Shown in pieces: positions 10,686-22,100 of a stretch of DNA of 64,000 nt. The stretch covers positions 1,024,001 to 1,088,000 of the forward strand of contig OZ244905.1 in assembly GCA_965221695.1 (NCBI GenBank). Reading direction: 5' to 3'. Both the position numbers and the translations under genes were made by a program. Below the pieces are notes generated by a model. That model had not been told where the DNA came from. It ran no database searches and worked only from the letters and a program-made list of their open reading frames with translations. Every line of letters begins with the position of its first letter. Position 1 is the stretch's first letter. This DNA comes from Gammaproteobacteria bacterium (GTDB taxonomy: Bacteria; Pseudomonadota; Gammaproteobacteria; Eutrophobiales; Eutrophobiaceae).

Positions 10686-11663
10686 TCAGGGAATTAACAA
10701 TATCTTGCCGATGTGCGCGCTGCTCTCCATGATCGCGTGCGCGTCGGCTGCCTGCGCCAGCGGCAGTTTTTTGTAGATTATCGGTTTAATCTGTCCACTG
10801 CTGATAAATGGCCAGATATGTTGCTCCAGGTTGCGGGCAATAGCCGCCTTGTAGGGCGCCGGCATGGGTCTTAAGGTGGACCCCGTGAGCGTGAGCCGCT
10901 TGACCATGACGGCGCGGCAATCGATTTCCGCCTGCCAGCCTTTTAATCCTGAGATGATGGCAATACGCCCGTCCGGCGCGGCAAGTTTTATGTCCTTGCG
11001 AACATAATCCCCCGCGACCATATCGAGTATCACATCAACTCCTGCGCCGTCCTGCGCTTCGGTAATCTTTTCCACGAAGTCCTGTTCATTGTAGTTGATG
11101 GCCAGCCTGGCCCCGAGCTGTTCGCAGATGCGGCATTTTTCCGCGCTGCCCGCGGTGACAAACACGGTTGCGCCCATAGCCCGGCCCATTTGTATCCCTA
11201 TCGTGCCGATACCGCTGGACCCGCCATGGATGAGCAAGGACTCGCCTTTCTTCAAACCACACCGATCAAACACATTATTCCAGACGGTAAACACCGTTTC
11301 CGGCAGCGCGGCCGCATCGTCCACCGCCAGACCATCCGGCACGGGCAGGCACAGTGACGCGTCAGCAACAGCATAATCCGCATAGCCGCCGCTATGGACC
11401 AGCGCGCAAACCTTATCACCCGCTTGCGGAAACGCAAAGTCACCGTTGGTTTCTATAACCTCGCCGGAGAGTTCAAGACCGGGAATGTCCGATGCCCCGG
11501 GCGGCTGCGGATACTTGCCCAGGCGCTGCATCACATCTGGACGGTTGACCCCCGCGGCGCTGACTTTAATCAGGACCTGCCCCGGACCAGGCGCCGGCAT
11601 CCCGGCTTCAACAAGGGTCAGAACTTCAGGTCCGCCCGGTTCTTTTATGATTATGTTTTTCAT
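10686..11663 (-). CDS. NAD(P)H-quinone oxidoreductase, PIG3/zeta-crystallin (MDR) family
   Basis: GGPEVL, AAGVNRPD.MQR.G.YP, IPGLE, LPETVFTVWNN, HGGSSGIG, GSTLR, HIGKILL. Confidence 0.93.
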   Translation of the reverse strand: MKNIIIKEPGGPEVLTLVEAGMPAPGPGQVLIKVSAAGVNRPDVMQRLGKYPQPPGASDIPGLELSGEVIETNGDFAFPQAGDKVCALVHSGGYADYAVADASLCLPVPDGLAVDDAAALPETVFTVWNNVFDRCGLKKGESLLIHGGSSGIGTIGIQMGRAMGATVFVTAGSAEKCRICEQLGARLAINYNEQDFVEKITEAQDGAGVDVILDMVAGDYVRKDIKLAAPDGRIAIISGLKGWQAEIDCRAVMVKRLTLTGSTLRPMPAPYKAAIARNLEQHIWPFISSGQIKPIIYKKLPLAQAADAHAIMESSAHIGKILLIP

Positions 11664-11842
11664 TGCAAACAGATAAGTTTTTAGATGATACGGCCTGAAA
11701 CGCAGTGGGATTGATCATTACAGCCTGTATCATTGCATGACCTCAAAAGCGATGTAACGATGACCGCGCCGGAGTACGCATCTACCATGCGCAGCATCAG
11801 TGCGGTCGAACAACGCTATCAAAGGCCCGGTATCGGCCAGGA

Positions 11843-12463
11843 TCATCGTTTGTATTTCCTCCTGATTATTTCCACTATCTGATCTTTCGCACGGGGAGCG
11901 GGACCAACGGTGTCGTCACGGATTGTCTTTGCCCAGCTATTGCGTAACGTATCAATGCTGATGAACATTCGTAATGAGCGCGTTGGCAGTGGTTGAAATC
12001 CCATAGCCTGATAAAATGCCTGGCGTTTTTCTGTCATATCGGGGCCGCCGTCCTCGATCACATCGAGCACCACGGCCTTAAGTCCGATTTGATTGGCGGC
12101 ATCTTGTGCACGCTTCAATACATTTCCGAGCAGGATACTTCCAATACCGCATCCCTGATAGCGGCGGTCTACGGCGATCATTGAGAGGTAGACTGCCGGG
12201 ATACTACCGGATCGGGGAGCGTGTTTCGTCAGGCTGGACGGGAAATCCTCTCCTTCCAACGAGTGCGCGTTTAGCGCATAATAACCCAGAATCTTATCTC
12301 TCCCGTCTTCAGTAGCGACCCAGACCCGTGTAAAATCCGCCGCCTGGTGTTTCCTTGCGCTCCTTTTAAGAAAGTTGTCGAGCCGGGCAATCCCACATGA
12401 AAAGGACGCTCTATCGTGTTTCTCAGGGTTAAGCGGTAAGATGGATATCTGCTGTGGATTCAC
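11843..12463 (-). CDS. GNAT-family toxin (AtaT/TacT/KacT-like acetyltransferase)
   Basis: HDRASFSCG..LD.FLK, GYYAL, AVDRRYQGCGIG acetyl-CoA motif, FYQAMGF. Likely GTG start at 12463, just after the antitoxin stop; the start is uncertain. Confidence 0.85.
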   Translation of the reverse strand: MNPQQISILPLNPEKHDRASFSCGIARLDNFLKRSARKHQAADFTRVWVATEDGRDKILGYYALNAHSLEGEDFPSSLTKHAPRSGSIPAVYLSMIAVDRRYQGCGIGSILLGNVLKRAQDAANQIGLKAVVLDVIEDGGPDMTEKRQAFYQAMGFQPLPTRSLRMFISIDTLRNSWAKTIRDDTVGPAPRAKDQIVEIIRRKYKR

Positions 12464-12470
12464 CGGGGCT

Positions 12471-12782
12471 TCAGTCGCCCCGTACCACTCGGGCGTCGTG
12501 CATTGCCATGACATGTTGCAGTGCGTCGGTCGGTGGCTCCGGCTTTTCCAGGGCGGACAGCACAGCATCACGGTCTGTTGCTGACAGGAGCGTGCGTTCG
12601 TGGTCGGCAATAGTTGCCTGGGCACGTTCAAGCGCTACGCTTGTCACGAAAGTTGTCTCATCAATACCGAGCAGGGCCGCCGCTCGCTGAATTTGTGCCT
12701 TGATGTGTGGTTTAGTGCGCTGTTCCATCCGCGCCGTTTTCGGTTCATCAATAGCAGTGGCGGTATCATTGAAATTCAACAT
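12471..12782 (-). CDS. DUF1778 ribbon-helix-helix antitoxin (AtaR/TacA/KacA-like)
   Basis: KTARMEQRT...K..IQRAAALLG..ETTFV...ALERA...L..P.PPT.AL pattern; immediately upstream of the GNAT toxin. Confidence 0.9.
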   Translation of the reverse strand: MLNFNDTATAIDEPKTARMEQRTKPHIKAQIQRAAALLGIDETTFVTSVALERAQATIADHERTLLSATDRDAVLSALEKPEPPTDALQHVMAMHDARVVRGD

Positions 12783-12809
12783 GATCGTAGCTTCATTGTT
12801 TTTTGTTAT

Positions 12810-12830
12810 TGTACGGTATTTTGCCGGACA
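12810..12830. promoter_or_regulatory. Operator palindrome of the DUF1778-GNAT operon
   Basis: TGTACGGTA-TTT-TGCCGGACA (7 of 9 complementary); resembles the TGTACGG-N7-CCGTACA operator I recall for KacAT-type systems; 27 bp upstream of the antitoxin ATG. Confidence 0.65.
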
Positions 12831-12859
12831 TTGAAACCTCCTCCTCGGTAACTCGGCAT

Positions 12860-12912
12860 CTCGGATCGCAGGCGTCTCGCCTGCCTGCGGGCGGGACGCC
12901 CGCGCTCCCAGG
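12860..12912. repeat. REP doublet (REPIN-like), family A
   Basis: GGATCGCAGGCGTCTCGCCTGC-CT-GCGGGCGGGACGCCCGCGCTCCCA; homologous copies at 57619-57672 and 58917-58968, half copy at 55119-55136. Confidence 0.85.
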
Positions 12913-12942
12913 GATATCTTCGCGGCCCTCCCAAGGGCACCG

Positions 12943-13135
12943 TACCACTCCCACGAAAGTGAGAGTCCAGGACAATGCTGTGTCGCCCGAAGGGCGACCC
13001 CTTAGTTTACCTGGATTCCCGTTTCCACGGGAATGGGATGGGGGTGCTCCCGTGCGCCACACCACCTTACCACTCCCACGAAAGTGGGAGTCCAGGACAA
13101 TACTGTGTCGCCCGAAGGGCGACCCCTTTTACCTG
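12943..13135. repeat. Nested palindromic element, family B: full copy 12943-13036 and a truncated tandem copy 13068-13135
   Basis: TACCACTCCCACGAAAGTG(A/G)GAGTCCAG-GACAAT-GCTGTGTCGCCCGAAGGGCGAC-CCCTTAGTTTAC-CTGGATTCCCGTTTCCACGGGAATGG; period 125 bp; the second copy runs into the stop codon of the giant gene. Confidence 0.85.
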
Positions 13136-16100
13136 TAGCCCCACTCCAGGTTCAGCCAGAAGCTGTGCTCCGGTGATATGTTCCAGGATTCTTCGCGTAC
13201 GCCTTCAAAGCCTACCCGCAGTACGCTGCCACCCATTAGTACGTCACTCATCTCCGTGCCCAGTATGAAGCGGCGGGAACGTTCGCCCAGTCCCGAGGTA
13301 CGGCTGTATACGGTCCATAGCCTGCCCCGGATAAACAAGCCGTAACCTACCTCTGTTTCCATACCGAACCGGTACTCATCCGAAGTCGGACTGCGCTGGC
13401 CGCGCACCATGTCTTCAATATTACGCTCCCACAACTGCTGGGCGCCGCCCTCAATGCTGCCCAGACTGCGGGTCGGTCTGTAATGCGGGGTCAATTTCAT
13501 CATCAAGCCGGTGCCGTCCGCCTGGTATGCCTTCTCCAACAGACCACTTACCTGCCACTCACGGTAATTCGAGTTCGCCAGCAACCCGGCGCCGCGCAAC
13601 TGAGCCGCCCAGCCTGTCTCCGTCGCATAGCGCAGACCACCGGCAAGGTCCACCCCGGCCCCGCTTTGCGCATCGCCGCCGTCAGCACGCACGCCCAACT
13701 CAGCAAACTGCTCAAACTGCCCCCCTTCCGTCGCCGCCATATGCCTGCCTTCCAATACTGCCCGTACACGCTGCACATCCACATCCGGCGCATCCTCGAC
13801 CGACATTGCCGCATACATCGCCTCACCCTTGTAACCCAACTGCCAACCACCACTCCGGAAGAAACGACCCGTCACGCCCAATGCCGCCGAGTACAGGTCG
13901 AGATCGGACTCCTGACGGAAGTCATCATCGTCCACGGTCAGGTCCAACTCGCCCAAACCATACCCCAGTGAACCCCAGACGCTCAAGTCTTGCGAGACCG
14001 CCCAGTCCGCATACGGATGCAAACTCGTCAGGCTGATGTCGTAATCCCCTGTAAATGTGCGCCGGGCATCGCTGCGGTCGGTATAGTCAAACCGGGCCTC
14101 GGTGCGGGACAGGGCTGCACCCAACAGTAACTGCTCGGTCGCCTCGATATCTGCGCCAAGGTGGAAACTCGCCAGACCGCCGTCCCAATTCACCGCATTA
14201 TTGCCCTTGCTGCGCAGGTCGGTGTAACTGCCCTCGCCCCACAGGGTCACTACTTTGCCGGCCTCACCGGATTCGCTGCCGTCGTCAGCGCCGAAATTCA
14301 GCGGCAGTACAAACGACGCCCGGTTCAGCAACTGGCGCATATCAAGCCGCCGCCGATATTCCCAACCGCCCGGTGTGTCGAAGACATCGAACGCATCCGC
14401 TCTCATCTGTGTCCGTCCGCCGGACCGTGCCCCATTTGCAAACGGATCCACCCGACTTTCCATACCCGGCAATGCCTGGGTGTTGTTCCCGAACGCCTGA
14501 GCAAACGCCGACTGCGCCATTGCGATCTCATTACCCAGCAATACTGGCCCGGACTCGGTCTCTGTCTTGGCTCCGCCAGTTTGAGGCCCGAGTGCAACCG
14601 GATCTACCCGACTCTCCACACTCGGCATTGCGTGGGTCTTGCTCCCGAACGCCTGTGCCAGCGCCGACTGTGCTAATGCAATCTCATTACCCAGCAATAC
14701 AGCCCCGGACCGGGTCCCTGTATTGGCTTCGAGATCAGACGATATCACTCCGCCCGGAGGCAGCGCATCGATACCCAGCAGCGGCAATCCAGGCTCTACT
14801 CCATACTCAACTGGCTTCACGCTACGCGTCGTACTCGGTGTCGTACTCGGCGCCGGCCTCGGAGACTGACCAAAAATCCTGGTTGCTTGAACTGTCCCGG
14901 AGCGCGCCGCGCTGATCCGACTACCTATCACCTGTGTGGTGCGTCCAACCACCGACAATGTGAACTGCGGCAACAGATCCTCGTGCAGGTCTGTCACCAG
15001 CGGCGCATCGATCGGCACTTCGCTCACCGTTACTGCAAACGTATCGCTCGCCTCAGCGCCCGTTGCATCAGAGGCCGTTACCGTGATGTCCGCCGCGCCC
15101 ACCGACACGCCGGTCAGGGTCAGATCGCTGCCTGACAGGGTAACCGTTACGATGGATTCATCATCCGAGACTGCCGAGTAGGTCAGCGCATCGCCATCCG
15201 CATCGGTGAACACAGCGCTCACGTCAACCTGTAGCGTCTGGTCCACTTCAAGCTCACGGTCAAACAGCGGCATCGCTACTGTCGGCCCCCGGTTCGGCAT
15301 CACTACCGTGACAGCAAACCTGTCGCTGGCCGTGCCGCCGCGCCCGTCGTCCGCGGTCACCGTGATAGTCGCGTCGCCGGCGGATATGCCTGTCAGCGTC
15401 AGGGTATTACCGGTTAACGCTACCGTCACCACGGACTCATCCTCAGACACCGCCGTATACGTCAAGGCATCGCCGTCCGCATCGGTGAATACGCCACCCA
15501 ATTCAACCTGCTGCGCCTGATCTACGTCAAGCGACTGGTCAGACAACGGCGTCGCAACTTCCGGCGCCTCATTCGACAGCGTGACCGTCACCGTGAATTG
15601 GTCGCTCGCGGCGCCGCCGTAACCATCATCCGCGGTCACCGTGACGCCCGCTGCGCCGGCGGATACGCCGGTTAATGTCAGGGTATTGCCGGCCACCGCC
15701 ACTGTGACCACCGTCTCATCGGCAGACACCGCCGTATATGTCAGCGCATCGCCGTTCGCATCCGTGAAGGCGCCGCTCACATCAACCTGCCGGGTCTGAT
15801 CTACTGTAATCGTCTGGTCAGTCAATGGCGTCCTCACTACCGGCGACTCATTCTGCTGCACTACCGTGACTGTGAAGGTGTCGCTCGCCTCGCCGCCGCG
15901 CCCGTCAGACGCCGTTATCGTCACATTCGCTTCGCCAAGCGCCACGCCGGTCAGGGTCAAACGCTCTGTCGAATCAATATCCACCGTCACTACCGAGGAG
16001 TCATCAGCCGTCGCCGTGTAGCTCAGCACATCGCGATCCGGATCGTTAAACAAGTCTGCGATAGTCAGCGTCCGCCTCTCATCCACCAACAATGTCTGAT

Positions 16101-19100
16101 CGCCGGCCGATGCCAACAGAACCGGCGCATTGTTTGGCGGCGGAGGCGGTGGCGGTGGCGGTTCAACAGTGCCGTCCGCAGTAATAGTGATGTTGAACGT
16201 CAGAGTCGCCGTATCGCCGTCTTCATCGCGCGCCGTGTACGTATATTCGGTAGCCGTCTGCGTCCCCGTCGGCGTGCCGCTTAACGTGCGCGCACTGGCG
16301 CTGAACATCAATCCCGCCGGCGGCGCCGGACTCAGACTGTAGGTCAATGTCCCATCACCGCCGGTTGCCCGCGGCAGCGCCAACATTGTAATCGCGGTGT
16401 TCTGCACGTAGTTCTGGTCGTCGATCGTCGTGGAGCCGAAGCTCGGCATGCCATCCGCGATAATCGTAATATTGAATGTCAGGGTCGCCACATCACCGTC
16501 ATCATCGGTCACGGTGTACGTGTACTCAGTCGCCGTCTGCGTCTCCGTCGGGGTGCCGGTCAGTGTGCGGGCGGTATCGCTGAACGTCAGGCCCGTCGGC
16601 GCATCCGGACTTAAGGTGTACGTCAGCGGGGTGTCGCCGCCGTCTGCCTCTGGCAGGTTCAGGGTGGTGATGGCCGTACCCTGGGTGTAGGTCTGGTCGG
16701 TTATCGTCTTGCCGTCAAAGTTCGGCAGAGCGTTCGATGTTACCGATACTGTGGCCGTGAGACCGGCGTAGTTGCCGGCGGCGGCGGTTAAGGTGACAGT
16801 CGCCGCGCCATCGGTTGGGTTGGCCGCCATGTTTACCGTCACCGTCTGGGCGGTACTGTAGCTCGTCGTGGTGAACGTCAGTGGTGTCGGGCTGACCGTG
16901 ACATCGCCGTCGTCGCTGGTGAGAGTGACGGTGACCGTGGCAGTCGGGACCGCGACCAGGGTCACATCAAAGGTGTTGCTGCCGCCCTCGTCGACTTCCA
17001 GTGTGGTCGGTGTGACTTGTATAGCCGGGGTTACCGTTGCTGTCGGCGTGGCCGTGACCGTGTCCGAGCCCGGGCCGTTGGCGGTACCGACCACCGCGCG
17101 TATCTGGAACGCATAGGTCGTGCCGTTGGTCAGGTTGTCAACAGTGTGGGTCGTGGTCGTGGCCGTGCTGTTGGCAATGTCGGTCCAGGCGGTGGTGGCC
17201 GGTATGGTGGCGCCCTGGGCCTGGCGCACCTGGTACCTGGTGATGGTACTGTCATTCGGGTTGGTCCAGGTCAGCGTGACCTCGGTGTCGCCGGGCGCCG
17301 CGGTCAGGTTGGCCGGTTTGGCCGGGGCCTCGTCCACATTGGTAATGGTGATGGCCACGTTCACCGTGTCGCTGTTGCCGTCATCGTCCGTCGCCGTTAA
17401 CGTGTACACATAAATGTTATTGGTGTCGTTATCCGTCGGGACCTCAAAGTCCTTGGCCCCCAGGGTTACGGTGGCGCCGGTGTTGCTCTGGTTCGACAGG
17501 GTAAAGCCGTTGGCGTTGGCGTCGTCGCCGGTCAACGCCCAGGTGATGTTGCCCACCGGCGTGCCGGTCAAGGTCGCATTGCCGGTGTAGGCCGTATTCT
17601 CGGCCAAGTTGGCATCGGCCACACCGCCGAGGGTTAGCGTGGGCGTAATACGGATGTCGAACGTCAGCTCGGCCGTATCCCCGTCCGCATCGGTGGCGGT
17701 GTAGGTGTATTCGGTGGCCGCCTGCGGCGCGGTCGGCGTGCCGGTTAAGGTGCGGGCGGTCGCATTGAAGGTCAGACCCGCCGGCGGGGTCGGTGTTAAC
17801 GTGTACGCCAGTGTGCCGTCACCGCCGGTCGCTTGCGGCAGGTTCAGCGTGGTAATCGCCGTACCCTGCGGGTAGGTCTGGTCGGCAATGGTCTGCGTGC
17901 CGAAGCTCGGCAGCGCATTCGCGGTGACCGCGACCGTGGCCGTGCGACCGGCGTAGTCGCCGCCGGCGGCGGTTAAGGTGACAGTCGCAGAGCCATCGGT
18001 CGGGTTGGCCGCCATATTCACGGTAACCGTTTGTGCGGTACTGTAGTTCGTGGTGGTGAAGGTCAGCGACGTCGGGTTGACCGTCACGTCAGTATCATCA
18101 CTGGTGAGTCTGACCGTCACCGTGGCGGTCGGTTCGGTGGCCAGGCTCACATCAAACGTGCCGCTGCCGCCTTCGTTGACCGTCAGACTGCTCGGCGTTA
18201 CCCGCAACCCAGCAAGCCCAATGCTCGTCTCAGCAGCCGGCCCGTTGCCGCTGCCGTTCACCGCACGCACGGCAAACGTGTAACTCGCGCCGTCCGGTAA
18301 ACCCGTCACCGTGTGACCGGTCGTGGTCGCATCGCTGTCAGTGATGGGTAGCCAGTTGCCATAGCTGCCGTTATCCTGCTTGTAACGCACCTCCCACCTG
18401 CTCGCAACCGCTATCGCATCCCAGGTCAGGTCAACCTCGCCCGCATTCGCCCCCAGCTCCGCCTTAAGGTTCGTCGGCGCCGTCAAGGGCACTTCAGAGT
18501 CCACCACCTCAATGTCAAACGTCCTCGTGTCCTCGTCCGCCGCGCCCGTCTGGTTGTCCGAGTCGGACACGGTCAAGGTGTAGGTCTGGGCCGCGGTCAC
18601 TCGCACCGGCGTGCCGGTAAAGCGAGGCGCGCTGTTCTGGCCCGGATCGACACCGGCGTCGTCCGGACCGTCGCCGTCATAGGCCAGGCCCGCGGGCAGC
18701 GCCGACGGCGACAACGTGTACGTCAACTTGCCGTCGCCCGTGTTCGACCACAGGAACTCCCGGTCCTCCGTCTCGCCCACCCTAAACGTCTGGGGCGCCA
18801 CGGTGATGGAGCTGAACACCGGCTTGCTGTTCACCACCGACCCCTCGAACGTCAGCGTCGCCGTGTAGGTCTCCGCCGACTCCATACGGCTCGAACTCGT
18901 GCCTATCACGTCAATCACCTTGAACGTGAAACTCGTCGTGAAACCGTCGTCGCCTTCAGGCGGGAAGAACGCCAGCACCTTTTGTGACCGTGAGGACTGG
19001 ATGTTCCACACCGATACCTCCTGGTTAATGCTCACATCTCTCACGGGCGCAGTCGACCTCGAGCCGTACGGCACCGTCTTCAATGCGCCCGTAGCCGGCA

Positions 19101-22100
19101 GCGACAGCACCTTCACACCATAGAAGAGCGCCTCACTGCGTGTGTCCGCCACCTTGAACGGGAACACGTTGTCGCTGTCGCGCGACGCCGGCAGCTTGGT
19201 GTGCGGCTTGGTCACAATCACAGCTATATTGTCGCTCGACGGGGTGGTGGTCTGCGCCAGCGTAATCGTGATGTTGAACGTGAGGCTCGCTGTGTCGCCG
19301 TCCGCGTCGGTGACGGTGTAGGTGTAGGCCGTCTCGCTCTGGACCGCGGTGGGCGTGCCCGTCAGCGTGCGAGCGGCCGCGTCGAAGGTCAGGCCCGCGG
19401 GGGCGGCCGGGCTCAGGCTGTAGGTCAGCGGAGCGTTGCCGCCGGTGGCTGCGGGCAGGTTCAGCGTGGCGATGGCCGTGTTCCGGGTATAGTTCTGGTC
19501 GGCGATGGTCTCGGTGCCGAAGCTGGGCGTGGTGTCGGCCCGCGGCGTCGCGGTGACGGTGTCGGAGTCATCGCTGTTGCCGCCGTTGTTCACCGCCCGG
19601 ATCTGGAAGCTGTACTCAGTGCCGTTGGTCAGGCCGGTCACCGTGTAGCTGGTGGTGCTGGCGCCGCTGCCCGGAATGTCCTCCCACAGACCGATCCCCA
19701 GGCCTTCCCGGTAGACATACTGGTACTTGGTGATGCTGGCGTCGTTGGGGTCATTCCAGTTCAGGGTGACTTCGGTGTCGCCGGCTGTGGCGCTGAGGTT
19801 TGCTGGCTTGGCGGGCGGCGCCTGCGGGTCGGTGATGGTGATGTTGAAACTGAGGCTCGCCGTGTCGCCGTCGGCGTCGGTGACGGTGTAGGTGTAGGCC
19901 GTCGCGGGCCGGGACGCGGTGGGCGTGCCGGTCAGCGTGCGGGCGTCGGCGTCAAAGGTCAGGCCCGCAGGGGCTACCGGGCTCAGGCTGTAGGTCAGCG
20001 GGGCGTTGCCGCCGGTGGCTACGGGGAAGTTCAGCGTTGCGATGGCCGTGTTCAGGGTGTAGCGCTGGTGGGCGATGGTCTCAGTACCGAAGCTGGGCAA
20101 CTCGTTCGCCACCACCGTCACGACGAACACATCGTTGACCTTGCCGCCTTTGTTGTCGTCCGCGGTCACCGTCAGCGTCGGCGCGCCGGCCGACACCGCC
20201 GTAAACGTGAGCGTGGAATCCACTACCGCCACCGTCACCTGGGCCGTGTCGCTCGACACCGCGCCGAAATTCAGCGGGTCATTCTCCGGGTCGCTGAACA
20301 CCGTAGACAGGTCCACGGTGCCGGACTTGCCCTCACTCAGCGTCTGGTCCGGGATCGGATTGTCCACCACCGGCGGTTGGTTCACCGGCGCCACCACTTC
20401 AATGGTGAATGTCAAGGTCGCCGCGTCGCCATCCGCATCCGTCGCCGAGTAGCTGTAGGTCGCCTCCGGCGTCACTGCCGTCGGCGTTCCGGTGATCTCC
20501 CGTTTGCCGGCACTGAATGCCAGGCCGTTCGGCAGCGCCGGCGCTATCGCGTAGGTCAGCGCGCCGTTGCCGCCGGTCGCCGCGGGCAACTGCAGGGCGG
20601 TGATCGCCTCGCCCCGCGTGTAGGTCTGCGCCGGCACCGTCGCCGTGCCGAAGCTCGGCGCAGTGTTCGCTTTGACTTCGATCGTGAACTTCAGGGTTGC
20701 CGAGTCGCCGTCCGCGTCCGTTGCCCTGTAGTCGTAGGAAGCCGCCGTGCTCACCGCCGTGGGCGTTCCCGTAATCTCCCGGCTGTCCGCATCGAATGCC
20801 AAGCCCGCCGGCAGCGCCGGCTCGAGCGTGTAGCTCAAGGCGCCATTGCCGCCGCTCGCTTCGGGCAGGGTCAGTTTCGCGATGGCCACGCCCTGCGTGT
20901 ACAGTTTGTCGTCGATGGTCGCCGTGCCGAAGCTCGGCGCATCGTCCGCCTCCACCGTGACCACGAACTCATCGTCCACCTTGCCGTCTTTGCCGTCGTC
21001 CGCCGTCACCGTCACCGTCGAAGTGCCCGCCGCAACACCTTCAACCGTCACTATCGCGTCCTTCACCGACACCGTCGCCTTCGACGGGTCGGCCGAAGTT
21101 GCCAGGTAGGTCAACGGGTCGTTGTCCGGATCTTTGAACACCTGCGAAACATTCACATCCCGCGTCTCGCCCGCCGTCAAAGTCAGGTCGGCGATCGGCT
21201 TGTCCACCGTCGGCGGATCGTTCGGCGGCTCAAGAGTGGTCACCTCGAATACATCGTCCACCGTGCCGCCTTTGCCATCGTCCGCCGTCACCGTCACCGT
21301 GGCCGCGCCGCCGGGCAACTGCGCCTTGTAGGTGAGCGTGTTTCCATCCACAGACGCCGTCACCAGGTCGGTGTCGCTCGACACCGCGCTGAAAGTCAGC
21401 GGGTCGTTGTCCGGATCGCTGAACACCGTCGACAGGTCCACGGTTTCGGAAACGCCCTGGTTCAGATCCACGTCCGGGATTTCGCTGACCACCACCGGCG
21501 GGTTGTTCGGCGTTTGGTAGGTTGCGGTGACCGTTGTCGCGGCCGTGTTGCCGTTACCGGCGGCGTCCTGTGCTTCATTCGCCTCCACGCCAACACTGAA
21601 CTCGCCGACGGCCTTTGGCGTGATCCTGGCGGTGTAGGTGGTCCCGTCCGCGCTGCCCGCTTCGGCGAAATCCGACGAGTTGGCATTGGTCAGCGTGATG
21701 TCGCTGATCTCAAAGCCGGTGACCGGCTCGCTGAAGGTGAAGGTGGCGTCCACCGCCGCGGTGACGGTGCCTGAAACGCCGGTGATGGTCACCGTGGGCG
21801 CGATATTGTCCAGCGTGAACGCCTCAACTGGTCCCGTCGGCGTCCGATCTCCAATCGAGACGCCAGTGCAGCTTCGGATTCTCGCATCCGATTTCAACGT
21901 CAGCGTGACCGTGCCGTTGTAGTCGTCCAGAGTGGTGCTTGCGTCGAAGTCACCAATGGTTACGTCGTAGGTGCGGCTGCCTTCGCAACCCGGCAGGAGA
22001 GCACCGGGAGACACCACGGGCGCGGGCGGGTTTGTCAAATCCGGACTGAACGCAGTCACGTAGGACGACGACTTGAACGCGTCGTTGAAGTGTACGCGTT

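Noticed and set aside
13108-13124. Inner hairpin as a Rho-independent terminator of the adhesin genes
   Set aside because: On the - strand there is no U-tract after the stem, and the hairpin is part of a larger dispersed element; treated as a repeat.
12860-13135. Possible CRISPR array, or small ORFs at 12793-13268
   Set aside because: Only two 125-bp-period units without unique spacers and no cas genes; the ORFs are translations of REP-like palindromes.
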